Shown here: piece after piece, positions 38,673 through 48,958 of the stretch
Position numbering within the stretch: the stretch's first letter is position 1
Layout: each line of letters starts with the position of its first letter
Assembly: GCA_052143255.1 (NCBI GenBank)
Contig: JBKQTJ010000129.1
Coordinates: forward strand, 210-64,209
Reading direction: 5' to 3'
Source: Streptosporangiaceae bacterium
GTDB lineage: Bacteria > Actinomycetota > Actinomycetes > Streptosporangiales > Streptosporangiaceae
Length of the DNA stretch: 64,000 bases
Made by a program: the position numbers and the translations under genes
Notes under the pieces: model-generated
What the model saw: only the letters and a program-made list of their open reading frames with translations
What the model was told of the DNA's origin: nothing
The model's database searches: none

Positions 38673-39038
38673 ATCGCCAACTGGAGTTTCCTGAGCACCC
38701 ATGGACGCGTCCTGCTGTGCATCACCGATGACCCGGCAATGCGGCTCCGCGATATCGCTGCGCGCCTGGGCATCACCGAGCGCCGCGCGTACGGCATCGT
38801 CGCCGACCTGACTCAGGCCGGTTACGTCGCCAAGCTCAAGGACGGCCGCCGCAACCGATACCAGATTCAGACCCATCTGCCACTACCTGAGCCCGCCAGC
38901 CGACAGCGAACGATCGGCGAAGTCCTCGCGATTCTCGCGGGGGCGGACGCCTCCGCAAGCCCGCCGCCAGCCGCCGCCAGCAGTTCCGTGCGACCCGCCG
39001 TCGGCCCGGCCCCGACCCCCGCTGACAGCGCCAGCTGA
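38673..39038 (+). CDS. Winged-HTH (ArsR/MarR-like) transcriptional regulator
   Basis: RLRDIAARLGITERRAYGIVADLTQAGYVAKLKDGRRNRY. The conserved-looking N-terminus IANWSFLSTHGRVLLCITDDPA lies upstream of the only ATG (38739), with no ATG/GTG/TTG after the stop at 38667. The ATC at 38673 is a tentative start. Confidence 0.6.
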   Translation: MANWSFLSTHGRVLLCITDDPAMRLRDIAARLGITERRAYGIVADLTQAGYVAKLKDGRRNRYQIQTHLPLPEPASRQRTIGEVLAILAGADASASPPPAAASSSVRPAVGPAPTPADSAS

Positions 39039-39054
39039 GCCCTCCGGAGCCGCC

Positions 39055-40104
39055 ATGAGCCTGCCCGACGCAGCCACCCAAGTCACCCTGCCAGGACTTC
39101 CGCCGGTTGCGCGGGGGAGCGAATATGCCGACCTTTCCCGGCAGGTCAGGCAGGCCGGGCTGATGGATCGGCGGCCTTGGCGTTACGCCGCGAGAATCGC
39201 CTTGACGGTGGGGCTACTGGCCGGCGCATGGACTGCCTTCGTGCTGGTGGGCAATTCGTGGTGGCAGCTAGCCGTGGCTGTGTTCTTGGCAGTCATTTTT
39301 ACCCAGCTGGGCTTCCTCGGCCATGACGCCGGGCACCGGCAGATCTGCGCATCCCGGCGAGGCAGCTACATCCTCGGCGTGCTGCTAGGCAACCTTGGCA
39401 TCGGACTGAGCTTCGGCTGGTGGGTGAGCAAGCACAACCGTCACCACGCCCATCCCAATACCGAGGATGCCGACCCCGACATCGCGATGAAGGTACTGGC
39501 CTTTACCCCGAGTCAGGCCCGGCGCAGCCGCGGACTGTTCGGCTTCCTGTTTCGCTGGCAGGCCTATCTGTTCTTCCCGCTACTGCTTGGCGAGGCATTC
39601 AGCCTCCATGTGGCCGGCATCCGGGCGGTCACGGGCGGCGCAGCGCGCCGCCCCGTAGCGGAGGCGATGCTGCTCACCGCGCATCTGGCCGGCTATCTCG
39701 CCGTCGTGTTCCTGGTCTTGCCGCCCGCTAAAGCCATCGTGTTCCTGCTGGTTCAACAGTGCTTGTTTGGCCTCTACCTCGGTGCCGCCTTCGCCCCAAA
39801 CCACAAGGGCATGCCGATCCTGCCCGCCGCCGACAACAGCGACTTCCTGCGGCGGCAGGTACTTACGTCCCGAAACGTGCGTGGCGGCGGGCTGACCGAC
39901 CTGATCATGGGCAGCCTGAACTACCAGATCGAGCACCATCTGTTCCCGTCCATGCCGCGGCCGAATCTGCGCCGCTCCCAGCCGCTGATCAGGGAATTCT
40001 GCCGGCAGCGGGGGCTGCCTTACTGCGAGGCCAGTCTCGTCGGGTCCTACGTGCAAGCGCTGCGTTATCTCAACAGCGTCGGCAAGCAGGCGCCACGCCG
40101 CTAG
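39055..40104 (+). CDS. Membrane fatty acid desaturase
   Basis: 349 aa with three His boxes: HDAGHRQ, HNRHHAHPN and QIEHHLFP. Confidence 0.88.
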   Translation: MSLPDAATQVTLPGLPPVARGSEYADLSRQVRQAGLMDRRPWRYAARIALTVGLLAGAWTAFVLVGNSWWQLAVAVFLAVIFTQLGFLGHDAGHRQICASRRGSYILGVLLGNLGIGLSFGWWVSKHNRHHAHPNTEDADPDIAMKVLAFTPSQARRSRGLFGFLFRWQAYLFFPLLLGEAFSLHVAGIRAVTGGAARRPVAEAMLLTAHLAGYLAVVFLVLPPAKAIVFLLVQQCLFGLYLGAAFAPNHKGMPILPAADNSDFLRRQVLTSRNVRGGGLTDLIMGSLNYQIEHHLFPSMPRPNLRRSQPLIREFCRQRGLPYCEASLVGSYVQALRYLNSVGKQAPRR

Positions 40105-40125
40105 TCGCGGCTAGCTGCGCCGGCA

Positions 40126-40158
40126 ACCATCGGATGGGGATGCGGGCCGTCCGATGGT
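40126..40158 (+). terminator. Hairpin downstream of the desaturase
   Basis: ACCATCGGA and TCCGATGGT form a 9-bp stem around a 15-nt loop. There is no U-tract. Confidence 0.35.
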
Positions 40159-40334
40159 GTGCAACTGGCCGGCTGTCCGGCGTGCCTTCCACCGAGGTTG
40201 AGGATGTACTCCCGGCCGCCCAGGTCCAGACTGGCCAGCAAGTGACGAGCTAATCTGCAGTCAGGTGCTCCCGGCCTGGTCGCGCGTCCAGGCCGCGCCC
40301 CGTAGCGCTGGGCGAATCGACAGGGGAGAAATCC

Positions 40335-41189
40335 ATGCGCAGTCAGCTCACCGCGGCCGACGCGGGCACTATCGGTCTCGGCGGGGACCTGACCGTCAAC
40401 CGCCTCGGCTTTGGTGCGATGCGGATCACCGGGGCTGGCGTCTGGGGCGGTCCCCCCGACCCGGACAAAGCCAGGGCAGCGCTGCTGCGCGCGCTTGAAC
40501 TGGGGGTCAACTTCATCGATACCGCGGACTCCTACGGCCCGGAAGTCAGCGAGAACCTGATCGCCGAGACGCTGCGCCCCTACCCGGAGGACCTGGTCAT
40601 TGCCACCAAGGGCGGTCTGGTCCGGCCGGGCCCCGGGCGCTGGGTCCCGGACGGCCGCCCCGAGCACCTCAAAGCGGCGTGCGAGGGCAGCCTGCGCCGG
40701 CTGCGACTGGATCAGGTTCCGCTATACCAGTTCCACCGGCCCGACCCGAATGTCCCGGTGGCGGAATCGGTCGGCGCGCTTGCCGCGCTGAAGGACGCGG
40801 GCAAGATACGACATATCGGAGTCTCGAACTTCACGGAGCCGCAGCTGCGCGAGGCGGAGCGGATCACCCCCATCGTGTCGGTGCAGAACCGCTATAACGC
40901 CGCCGACCGATCGTCGGACTCGATGGTCGATCTGTGCGAGCAGGAGCAGCTGACGTTCCTGCCCTGGGCGCCCATCCAGGAAGCGGGCCAGAATCCCGCC
41001 GTCGCCGAGGCAGCCCGTCGGCGCGGTGCCAGCCTGCGCCAGATCGTGCTGGCGTGGCTGCTAGCCCGTTCGCCCAGGATGCTGCCCATCCCCGGCAGCG
41101 GATCCGCCGGCCATGTCGCGGAAAATGTCGCTGCCGCCGGGATCACCTTGAGCCCGGACGAGATTGCCGCGATCAGCCAGGGCGGCTGA
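40335..41189 (+). CDS. Aldo/keto reductase
   Basis: 284 aa with LGFGAMRITG, IDTADSYG and HIGVSNF. Confidence 0.85.
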   Translation: MRSQLTAADAGTIGLGGDLTVNRLGFGAMRITGAGVWGGPPDPDKARAALLRALELGVNFIDTADSYGPEVSENLIAETLRPYPEDLVIATKGGLVRPGPGRWVPDGRPEHLKAACEGSLRRLRLDQVPLYQFHRPDPNVPVAESVGALAALKDAGKIRHIGVSNFTEPQLREAERITPIVSVQNRYNAADRSSDSMVDLCEQEQLTFLPWAPIQEAGQNPAVAEAARRRGASLRQIVLAWLLARSPRMLPIPGSGSAGHVAENVAAAGITLSPDEIAAISQGG

Positions 41190-41241
41190 GGCCATCAACC
41201 CCGCCGGGAGCGCCGCCCAGCTGCGAGCTCGCGCGCAGCTG

Positions 41242-41727
41242 GTGAGCTGCCCGCATTGCGGCAGGCGGAACAGGCTGCCTGTCTGCGGCCCCGGGGTCCC
41301 GCGGTGCGGGCAGTGCGGCAACCCGCTGCCGTGGATAACCGAGGCGTCGGACGCGGACTTCGCCCAGATCGCCGAGGAGGCCACGATTGAGGTCCTGGTA
41401 GAGGTCTGGGCGCCCTGGTGGCCGGTGTGCCAGCGCGCTGACCGTGCCCTAGACCGGCTCGCGCGCGGGCTTGCGGGCAGGCTGAAGCTAGTGAAGGTCG
41501 ACGTGACGCAGGCACCGATGCTGCAGCAGCGCTTCGTGATTGAGGCAGTGCCGACCCTGATGCTGATGCGCGGGCCGCTCATCCTTGCCTATCGCGCCGG
41601 CGCCCCGCCCGAGCCGTCGCTGCGTGGCTGGCTCCAGCGGGCAAGCCGTTGCGCAACCACAACCATGATCGCGGACGTGCCGGATTGGACCAGATCCCGA
41701 GCATACCCGTCTGAAATCGAACTTTAA
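41242..41727 (+). CDS. Thioredoxin-2-like protein with zinc ribbon but degenerate active site (WWPVC)
   Basis: N-terminal CPHCGRRNRLPV...PRCGQCGNPLPW, a Trx fold with VWAPWWPVCQ in place of WCGPC, and a C-terminal extension of about 30 aa. The start is either GTG 41242 or the upstream ATG 41164, which overlaps the AKR gene. Confidence 0.65.
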   Translation: MSCPHCGRRNRLPVCGPGVPRCGQCGNPLPWITEASDADFAQIAEEATIEVLVEVWAPWWPVCQRADRALDRLARGLAGRLKLVKVDVTQAPMLQQRFVIEAVPTLMLMRGPLILAYRAGAPPEPSLRGWLQRASRCATTTMIADVPDWTRSRAYPSEIEL

Positions 41728-41995
41728 CGCCAAACTGCCGGGCTGTGGTCGCCGGCCCAGTCAGTGGCTGCCCCACTCGGCTGCGGACTAGCCGACTTGA
41801 GGATGTGCCTGCCGACGGCGCGCAGCAGTGTTGCCGTAGTGCCGATGACGCGCACTCCGGGCGGGCTACGTACCGGACGCAGACCGTGCGGCGTTCTGTG
41901 TTGCCCTGACCTGCACACCGCAGGAGGCCACCCATGGTGATGCTCTCCGCCCGATGCAGCGGACGGACCCTAACGCAGCCGACTAGGAGGTAGGC

Positions 41996-43903
41996 ATGGC
42001 GACCGCAGTTGGCATCGATCTCGGGACCACCAACTCGGTTATCGCGGTGACGGAGGCTGGCAAGCCGACGGTAGTGCCCAATGCGGAGGGCTCGCGGACG
42101 ACACCGTCGGTCGTGGCCTTCACCCCGCAGGGCGAGCGCCTCGTCGGCCAACTGGCACGCCGGCAGGCGATCCTGAACCCGAAGGGAACGATCTACTCGG
42201 CGAAGCGGTTCATCGGCCGGCGTTACGAGGAGGTGGAAAGCGAGAAGACCGCTGTCTCGTTCGACGTGGTACCGGGCCCCGACGGGTCGGCACGCTTCCA
42301 GGTCCAGGGCAAGCAGTACGCCCCGGAGGAGCTCTCCGCCCTGGTGTTGCGCAAGCTGGCGGAGGATGCGTCGAAATTCCTCGGCGAGAAGGTAACGGAG
42401 GCGGTCATCACGGTGCCCGCCTACTTCAACGACGCCCAGCGCCAAGCGACCAAGGACGCGGGCCGCATCGCGGGCCTGGAAGTACTGCGCATCATCAATG
42501 AGCCGACAGCGGCCGCGCTGGCGTACGGACTGGACAAGAAGAGCAGCGAGACTGTCCTCGTCTACGACCTGGGCGGCGGTACTTTCGACGTCAGCATCCT
42601 GGACATCGGCGACGGAGTAGTCGAGGTGCGCGCGACCGCCGGTGACACCCACCTTGGCGGTGACGACTTCGACCGGCGTCTGGTCGACTACCTGGCCGAT
42701 GAGTTTCAACGGGATAACGGGATCGACCTGCGGACTGACCCGCAGGCGTTGCAACGCCTGTTCGAGGCAGCCGAAAAGGCCAAGGTAGAACTATCGGCAG
42801 TTACCCAGACGACCGTCAGCCTGCCCTTCATCACCGCCGATGCCTCCGGGCCGAAGCACCTCAACACCACGCTGATGCGATCGACGTTCGACCAGATCAC
42901 CGCAGATCTCGTCGAGCGGACAACAGGCCCGGTCAAGCAAGCCCTGGCCGACGCCAAGCTCACCGATAGCGATATCGACGAGGTCATCCTGGTTGGCGGG
43001 TCAACCCGGATACCAGCAGTGCAGAACCTGGTCCGCAAGCTGACCGGCGGCAAGGACCCGAACATGACGGTCAACCCGGACGAGGTCGTCGCTCTCGGGG
43101 CGGCCGTGCAGGCTGCAGTGCTCAAGGGCGAGGTCAAGGACGTCGTCCTCCTTGACGTCACCCCGCTCTCTCTTGGCATCGAGACGCTCGGCGGGGTGAT
43201 GACCAAGGTGATCGACCGCAACACCACCATTCCCGCACGGCGTACCGAGACATTCAGTACTGCCGAGGACAACCAGTCAGCCGTGGACGTGGTGGTGCTG
43301 CAGGGCGAACGGGAGCGCGCGGCTGATAACCGGGCACTGGGCCGGTTCCGGCTGGAGAACATCCGGCCGGCGCCAAGGGGAGAGCCGCAAATCGCGGTCA
43401 CCTACGATATCGATGCCAACGGCATCCTGAACGTCTCGGCTAGGGACTCCGGCACCGGGGCCGAACAACGGATCACCATCAGCGAGAGCTCCAACCTTGA
43501 TCAGGCCGAGGTAGAGCGGATGATCGCTGACGCCGAGCAGCACCGCGACGAGGACCGCCGGCTGCGCGACCTGACCGATGCCCGTAATGAGCTCGACGCA
43601 GCCGCCTACCAAGTCGAGCAGCTGCTCTCCGCTCGTGGCGACGCGGTTCCTGTGCACGAGAAGGCACGCGCTGAGAGCCTGGCGGCTGACGCCCGGCAGG
43701 CGCTGAAGCACGAGTCCACACTGGAGGCGGTCCGAAACCTTACCGGTGAGCTGCGCCAGGTCCACCAAGCGCTCAGCGCCGCTAGCACAGCACCACAAGG
43801 GCAGCCTGGCGCCGGCAGCCAGGGGAACGGCGGCCAGCCGGGCGCTGGCCAGGCGGGCGATGACGACGACGTGATCGATGCCGAGTTCACCACCCATGAG
43901 TGA
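41996..43903 (+). CDS. dnaK: Hsp70 chaperone
   Basis: 635 aa with [10 protein letters not shown] and [10 protein letters not shown]. The RBS is AGGAGG. Confidence 0.95.
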   Translation: MATAVGIDLGTTNSVIAVTEAGKPTVVPNAEGSRTTPSVVAFTPQGERLVGQLARRQAILNPKGTIYSAKRFIGRRYEEVESEKTAVSFDVVPGPDGSARFQVQGKQYAPEELSALVLRKLAEDASKFLGEKVTEAVITVPAYFNDAQRQATKDAGRIAGLEVLRIINEPTAAALAYGLDKKSSETVLVYDLGGGTFDVSILDIGDGVVEVRATAGDTHLGGDDFDRRLVDYLADEFQRDNGIDLRTDPQALQRLFEAAEKAKVELSAVTQTTVSLPFITADASGPKHLNTTLMRSTFDQITADLVERTTGPVKQALADAKLTDSDIDEVILVGGSTRIPAVQNLVRKLTGGKDPNMTVNPDEVVALGAAVQAAVLKGEVKDVVLLDVTPLSLGIETLGGVMTKVIDRNTTIPARRTETFSTAEDNQSAVDVVVLQGERERAADNRALGRFRLENIRPAPRGEPQIAVTYDIDANGILNVSARDSGTGAEQRITISESSNLDQAEVERMIADAEQHRDEDRRLRDLTDARNELDAAAYQVEQLLSARGDAVPVHEKARAESLAADARQALKHESTLEAVRNLTGELRQVHQALSAASTAPQGQPGAGSQGNGGQPGAGQAGDDDDVIDAEFTTHE

Positions 43904-44496
43904 GCCCACTTATGAGTGAGCGCAGCGTAAGCCCGGGGTCCGGGCCCGATCGCCCGGCGCCTCCCCCGCCCGCCAGGCCGCGCGATGACGCCGCGGCCGG
44001 GTCCGGCGGCGAAGCTGACGGTGACCGGGCGGCCGAGCCGACTGCCGGCAGCGTGACTGACGAGACTGCAGCGCGGATCGCCGAGCTGGCGGACCAGCGA
44101 CTGCGGGCGTTGGCTGACCTAGACAACGCGCGGAAGAAATGCGCTAGTCAGGTCAGCCGCACCGAAGCGGAGACCAGGGCGAGAGTTGCCCGGCTGTGGC
44201 TGCCCGTGGTCGACAACCTCGAGCTTGCGCTGCAGCACGCAGCGGCCGATCCCGGCTCGATCGTAGAAGGCATCAAGGCCATCCGGGAGCAGGCCCTAGG
44301 CGTGCTGGCCCAGCTGGGCTTCGCGCGCCGTGATGACCTGGGCACGAGGTTCGATCCCAAGCAGCATGAAGCTGTCGCGTCCAGGGCGGACCCGGACGCA
44401 CCAGACGGCTCGATCGTTGAGGTGGTCCGGCCCGGCTACGGCGAGAACGAGAGCCAGCTCCGGCCGGCCCAGGTAGTCGTGGCCAAGGCAGACTGA
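43900..44496 (+). CDS. grpE: Nucleotide exchange factor GrpE
   Basis: 198 aa with [13 protein letters not shown]. The GTG at 43900 overlaps the dnaK stop; an alternative ATG lies at 43912. Confidence 0.88.
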   Translation: MSPLMSERSVSPGSGPDRPAPPPPARPRDDAAAGSGGEADGDRAAEPTAGSVTDETAARIAELADQRLRALADLDNARKKCASQVSRTEAETRARVARLWLPVVDNLELALQHAAADPGSIVEGIKAIREQALGVLAQLGFARRDDLGTRFDPKQHEAVASRADPDAPDGSIVEVVRPGYGENESQLRPAQVVVAKAD

Positions 44497-45446
44497 TGGC
44501 CGCAGCGGACCGGGACTTCTATCAGATTCTGGGCGTGCCGAAGAACGCTGGCCAGGACGAGATTCAGCGGGCCTACCGCAAGCTCGCCCGCGCCCATCAT
44601 CCGGACGTCAACAAGGATCCCGCCGCCGAGGAGCGATTCAAGGACGTCTCCGAGGCGTATTCCGTGCTGTCCGACCCGCAGACCAGGCGCCGCTACGACG
44701 CGTTCGGGCCCGACTTCCGCCAGGTGCCCGAGGACGTGGATCCGGAAGCCTGGCGGCGGGCACAAGCGGGCGCTAGGGCAGGTACCGGGCAGGGCAGCCG
44801 TGGTGGCTTCAGCTATGGCCCCGGCGGCTACGGCCAGGGCGACATCAATCTCGACGATCTTCTCGGCGGCTTGTTCGGCGGCCGGACCGGTCGCGGCTGG
44901 GGCCCGGTGCCCGGTGCCGACCAGGAGGCCGCCATCGAGCTGACCGTCGAGGACGCCTACCACGGCGGCCGGCGGCAGATCACGCTGGGAAACGGGCCCG
45001 GGGCGCGGACCCTGCAGGTAACGATCCCGGCCGGGGTCACCGACGGGCAGCGGATCCGGCTGGCCGGTCAGGGTGGCCAGGGCAGCGAAGGCGCTCAATC
45101 CGGCGACTTGTATCTCGTAGTCCGGGTACAGAAGCACCCGGTCTACCGGCTTGAAGGCCGCGACTTGTACATCGAGTTGCGACTGGCCCCGTGGGAAGCC
45201 GCGCTGGGAACTTCGGTGGCAGTGGATACGCCCGGCGGCGAGGCCAAGGTAACAGTCCCGGCCGGTACCTCAAGCAGCAGGCGGCTGCGGCTCCGCGGCC
45301 GCGGGCTGCCCAACCCGAAAGGAAGGCCCGGTGACCTGTACGCCGAGGCCCGCATCATGGTGCCGGCCACGCTGTCGCAGGAAGAGCGAAACCTGTTCGA
45401 GCAGCTGGCCGCGACATCCCATTTCGATCCGAGGAGACGGCGATGA
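44496..45446 (+). CDS. dnaJ: J-domain co-chaperone lacking the Cys-rich zinc-finger domain (CbpA-like)
   Basis: 316 aa with J-domain DFYQILGV...HHPDVNKD and a G/F-rich linker. No CxxCxGxG repeats are present. Confidence 0.88.
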   Translation: MAAADRDFYQILGVPKNAGQDEIQRAYRKLARAHHPDVNKDPAAEERFKDVSEAYSVLSDPQTRRRYDAFGPDFRQVPEDVDPEAWRRAQAGARAGTGQGSRGGFSYGPGGYGQGDINLDDLLGGLFGGRTGRGWGPVPGADQEAAIELTVEDAYHGGRRQITLGNGPGARTLQVTIPAGVTDGQRIRLAGQGGQGSEGAQSGDLYLVVRVQKHPVYRLEGRDLYIELRLAPWEAALGTSVAVDTPGGEAKVTVPAGTSSSRRLRLRGRGLPNPKGRPGDLYAEARIMVPATLSQEERNLFEQLAATSHFDPRRRR

Positions 45447-45739
45447 GCCACGCGCTGGTTCGCGTCAGGCGGCTTGACCTGGAAGAGTTCGCCGCAGCCG
45501 CCGGCCTGCACCCGGATCTGGTCCGCCGCCTTGTCGCGCTGGGCATTCTCGACGCTGCCCGCGACAGCTCCGGCCGCCTCTGGTTCGCTGCGGCCGAACT
45601 GGCTGAGGTCGGGCGAATACAGCGGCTGCGCGCCGGATTCGCGCTGAACTACGCGGCTATTGGCCTCGTTACCGACCTGCTTGACCGCATTGCCGCGCTC
45701 GAAGCTGCCCTGCGAGGGGCCCGACGGCGAGGAGGGTGA
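45443..45739 (+). CDS. Small MerR-like protein, CbpM/HspR family (chaperone modulator candidate)
   Basis: 98 aa. Its size and pattern ([25 protein letters not shown]...W.F...) resemble CbpM more than full-length HspR. It shares an ATGA overlap with the J-protein gene. Confidence 0.6.
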   Translation: MSHALVRVRRLDLEEFAAAAGLHPDLVRRLVALGILDAARDSSGRLWFAAAELAEVGRIQRLRAGFALNYAAIGLVTDLLDRIAALEAALRGARRRGG

Positions 45740-45743
45740 TGAC

Positions 45744-48359
45744 ATGGACCCGGCTCGGCTCACCCAGAAGTCGCAGGAAGCCCTGCATGATGCACAGACC
45801 AAGGCGCTGCGCTTTGGCCACACCGAGGTGGACGGCGAGCATCTGCTGCTCGCGCTCACCGAGCAGCCGGAAGGCATAGTGCCGAGGCTGCTGACGCAGG
45901 CCGGCGCGGATACCAACCGGCTCAGCGCCGCGCTCGAGGCTGAACTGGCCAGACTGCCCCGGGTCAGCGGCCCCGGCGTGGCACCTGGCCAGGTAGCCGT
46001 CACCCAGCGACTGTCCAGGCTTCTTGACGCTGCCGAGCAAGAGGCCGCGAGGCTCAAGGACGACTACGTCTCCGTCGAGCATCTCGTGCTGGCCTTGCTG
46101 GGCGAAGGGTCGGCCTCGGCAGCGGGCAGGCTCCTGCACGAAGAGGGCCTGTCCCGGGACTCCTTCCTTGCGGCGCTGACCAGGATCCGCGGCAATCAGC
46201 GGGTAACGTCGGCGATGCCAGAAGCCGCTTACGAAGCGCTGGAGAAGTACGGGCGGGACCTTGTCGCGGACGCCGCGGCTGGCAGGCTCGACCCGGTCAT
46301 CGGCCGCGACGCGGAGATACGGCGCGTGACCCAGATCTTGTCCAGGAAGACCAAGAACAACCCCGTGCTTATCGGCGACCCCGGCGTGGGCAAGACGGCG
46401 ATCGTCGAGGGCCTGGCGCAGCGGATCACCCGCGGTGACGTGCCCGAGGGCCTGCGAGACAAGGTTGTCTTCAGCCTGGACATGGGTGCGCTGGTGGCCG
46501 GCGCAAAGTACCGCGGCGAGTTCGAAGAGCGGCTGAAGGCGGTGCTCGCCGAGGTGCGGGCCGCGGCCGGGCGGATCTTGCTGTTCGTCGACGAGCTGCA
46601 TACCGTCGTCGGCGCGGGGGCCGCCGAAGGTGCCGTGGATGCGGGCAACATGCTCAAGCCGATGCTGGCTCGCGGCGAATTGCACATGATCGGCGCCACC
46701 ACGGTGGATGAATACCGGAAGCAGATCGAGAAGGACGCCGCCCTCGAACGCCGGTTCCAGCCTGTCATGGTGGACGAGCCATCTGTCGAGGACACTGTGT
46801 CGATCTTGCGCGGGCTGCGTGAGCGCCTCGAGGTTTTCCATGGCGTGAAGATCGCCGACAGCGCGCTGGTGGCCGCGGTGACGATGAGCCACCGTTACAT
46901 CTCTGACCGGTTCCTGCCGGACAAGGCGATCGATCTGGTGGATGAGGCATGTGCGGTGGTCCGCACCGAGATCGACTCCATGCCGGCCGAGCTTGACGAG
47001 CTCACCCGGCGGGTCATGCGACTGGAAATCGAGGAGGCCGCGCTCGCCAAGGAAGAAGACCAGCCGAGCCGGGCCCGCCTGGACAGCCTGCGCAGGGAAC
47101 TGGCTGACCTGCGGGCGGAAGCAGATGCGCTGCGCGCCCAGTGGGAGGCTGAGCGGCGGGCGCTGCGCCGAGTGCAGGAACTGCGCGCCGAAATGGAGCA
47201 GGTCCGCCAGGATGCTGAGCAGGCCGAACGCGATTATGACCTCAACAAGGCGGCGGAGCTGCGACTTGGGCGGCTGCCCGAGCTGGAGCGCCGGCTGCAA
47301 GCCGAGGAGGAGCGGCTCGCCGCCCGCATCAGCGGGCAGCGGCTGCTTCGCGAAGTCGTCACCGACGACGAGATCGCCGCCATCGTGTCACGCTGGACGG
47401 GCATCCCCGTGAGCCGGCTGGAGGAGGGCGAGCGGGAGAAGCTGCTGCGGCTCGACCAGATCCTGCACGAACGAGTGGTCGGTCAGGAGGAGGCGGTTCG
47501 GCTAGTCTCCGATGCCATCATCCGGGCGGGGTCAGGCATCAAGGACCCGCGCCGTCCGATCGGCTCGTTCCTCTTCCTCGGCCCGACTGGAGTCGGCAAG
47601 ACCGAGCTGGCCAAGTCACTCGCGGCGGCGCTGTTCGACACCGAGGAGAGCATCGTCCGGATCGACATGACGGAGTACCAGGAGCGGCACACGGTCAGCC
47701 GCCTCGTCGGTGCGCCGCCCGGTTACGTCGGCTATGAGGAAGGCGGGCAGCTAACCGAGGCGATCCGTCGCAAGCCCTACTCTGTCGTGCTGTTCGACGA
47801 GGTAGAGAAGGCGCACCCGGATGTCTTCAACACGCTGCTCCAGGTGCTTGACGACGGCAGGCTGACAGACGGCCAGGGCCGCACGGTTGACTTCCGCAAC
47901 ACCGTCATCATCATGACGTCCAACATCGGCTCGGAGTACCTGCTGGCGGACGCCGCCGCAGACGGCGAGATCAAGCCGGACGCGCGGGACCGCGTGATGG
48001 CGGCAATGCGATCCCATTTCCGGCCCGAGTTCCTCAACAGGCTCGACGACATCGTGTTGTTCAAGCCGCTGACTGAGGCGGAAATTGAGAGCATCGTTGA
48101 GTTGATGTTCGACGATCTCCGAGCCCGGCTGGCAGAGCGCCAGATGACCCTGGAGATCTCGCCCGGGGCCCGCCGGTACATCGCCGAGCAGGGCTACGAC
48201 CCGGTGTACGGGGCGCGTCCGCTGCGCAGGTTCATCGCCAGGGAGGTCGAGACGCGGATCGGGCGCGCGCTGCTGGCCGGCGATGCGCGCGACGGCGCAG
48301 TGATCCGGGTCGGCTACGCCGAGATGGAGCTGACCGTGAGCTACGAGAACCCCGCCTGA
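45744..48359 (+). CDS. clpB: Hsp100 disaggregase
   Basis: 871 aa from [14 protein letters not shown] with two AAA modules ([15 protein letters not shown] and [12 protein letters not shown]) and a coiled-coil middle domain. A GGAGGG RBS is present. Confidence 0.95.
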   Translation: MDPARLTQKSQEALHDAQTKALRFGHTEVDGEHLLLALTEQPEGIVPRLLTQAGADTNRLSAALEAELARLPRVSGPGVAPGQVAVTQRLSRLLDAAEQEAARLKDDYVSVEHLVLALLGEGSASAAGRLLHEEGLSRDSFLAALTRIRGNQRVTSAMPEAAYEALEKYGRDLVADAAAGRLDPVIGRDAEIRRVTQILSRKTKNNPVLIGDPGVGKTAIVEGLAQRITRGDVPEGLRDKVVFSLDMGALVAGAKYRGEFEERLKAVLAEVRAAAGRILLFVDELHTVVGAGAAEGAVDAGNMLKPMLARGELHMIGATTVDEYRKQIEKDAALERRFQPVMVDEPSVEDTVSILRGLRERLEVFHGVKIADSALVAAVTMSHRYISDRFLPDKAIDLVDEACAVVRTEIDSMPAELDELTRRVMRLEIEEAALAKEEDQPSRARLDSLRRELADLRAEADALRAQWEAERRALRRVQELRAEMEQVRQDAEQAERDYDLNKAAELRLGRLPELERRLQAEEERLAARISGQRLLREVVTDDEIAAIVSRWTGIPVSRLEEGEREKLLRLDQILHERVVGQEEAVRLVSDAIIRAGSGIKDPRRPIGSFLFLGPTGVGKTELAKSLAAALFDTEESIVRIDMTEYQERHTVSRLVGAPPGYVGYEEGGQLTEAIRRKPYSVVLFDEVEKAHPDVFNTLLQVLDDGRLTDGQGRTVDFRNTVIIMTSNIGSEYLLADAAADGEIKPDARDRVMAAMRSHFRPEFLNRLDDIVLFKPLTEAEIESIVELMFDDLRARLAERQMTLEISPGARRYIAEQGYDPVYGARPLRRFIAREVETRIGRALLAGDARDGAVIRVGYAEMELTVSYENPA

Positions 48360-48375
48360 TGCGGCGGGCTGAACG

Positions 48376-48807
48376 ATGGCAGCTGAGCTAGTCCGGTGCC
48401 CGAACTGCGGACGCAGGAACCGGGTGCCTGCCGTGGCCACCGGGACTCCGCGGTGCGGTAACTGCCACCGGCCGCTGCCGTGGATCGTCGATGCAGACGA
48501 CGACACCTTCGCCGAAGTCGCCGAGCAGGCTAGCGTGCCCGTAGTAGTGGATCTGTGGGCTCCGTGGTGCGGGCCGTGCCGGATGGTGAGCCCGGCGCTC
48601 GCGCAGCTCGCCGCTGAGCTGGCCGGCCGGATCAAGCTGGTCAAGGTCAACGTCGACTCCTCGCCCCGGGTGCAGCAGCGCTTCGGCGTCCAGGCGATCC
48701 CGACCTTGCTGGTACTGCGCGACGGCAAGGTCGCTGCCAGGCAGACTGGCGCCGCGCCAGCTCCGGCGCTGCGGTCCTGGGTCGACGACGCGCTGCGCGC
48801 TTCCTGA
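48376..48807 (+). CDS. trxC: Thioredoxin 2 type (zinc ribbon plus canonical WCGPC)
   Basis: 143 aa with CPNCGRRNRVP...PRCGNCHRPLPW and LWAPWCGPCR. Confidence 0.85.
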   Translation: MAAELVRCPNCGRRNRVPAVATGTPRCGNCHRPLPWIVDADDDTFAEVAEQASVPVVVDLWAPWCGPCRMVSPALAQLAAELAGRIKLVKVNVDSSPRVQQRFGVQAIPTLLVLRDGKVAARQTGAAPAPALRSWVDDALRAS

Positions 48808-48958
48808 GACTCCGCGCGGCGGCCGCATCGTGGACGCCGCTCGCGGCGCCACGGCAGACTAGGGGCCAGCGGGACAAGGCTCCGGCCGATCACCGGCGGC
48901 GGATGTGCTTATGGCATTGGCCCGACACGGCCGGACTCAATCGTGCGGAGGTCAGCTG

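Noticed and set aside
41728-41995. HspR operator (HAIR) upstream of dnaK
   Set aside because: Only one half-site-like CTTGAGG was seen, with no inverted partner at N7 spacing.
45669-47300. 543-aa ORF on the minus strand
   Set aside because: It is antisense to clpB. It has low-complexity Arg/Pro/Gly composition and is a shadow ORF.
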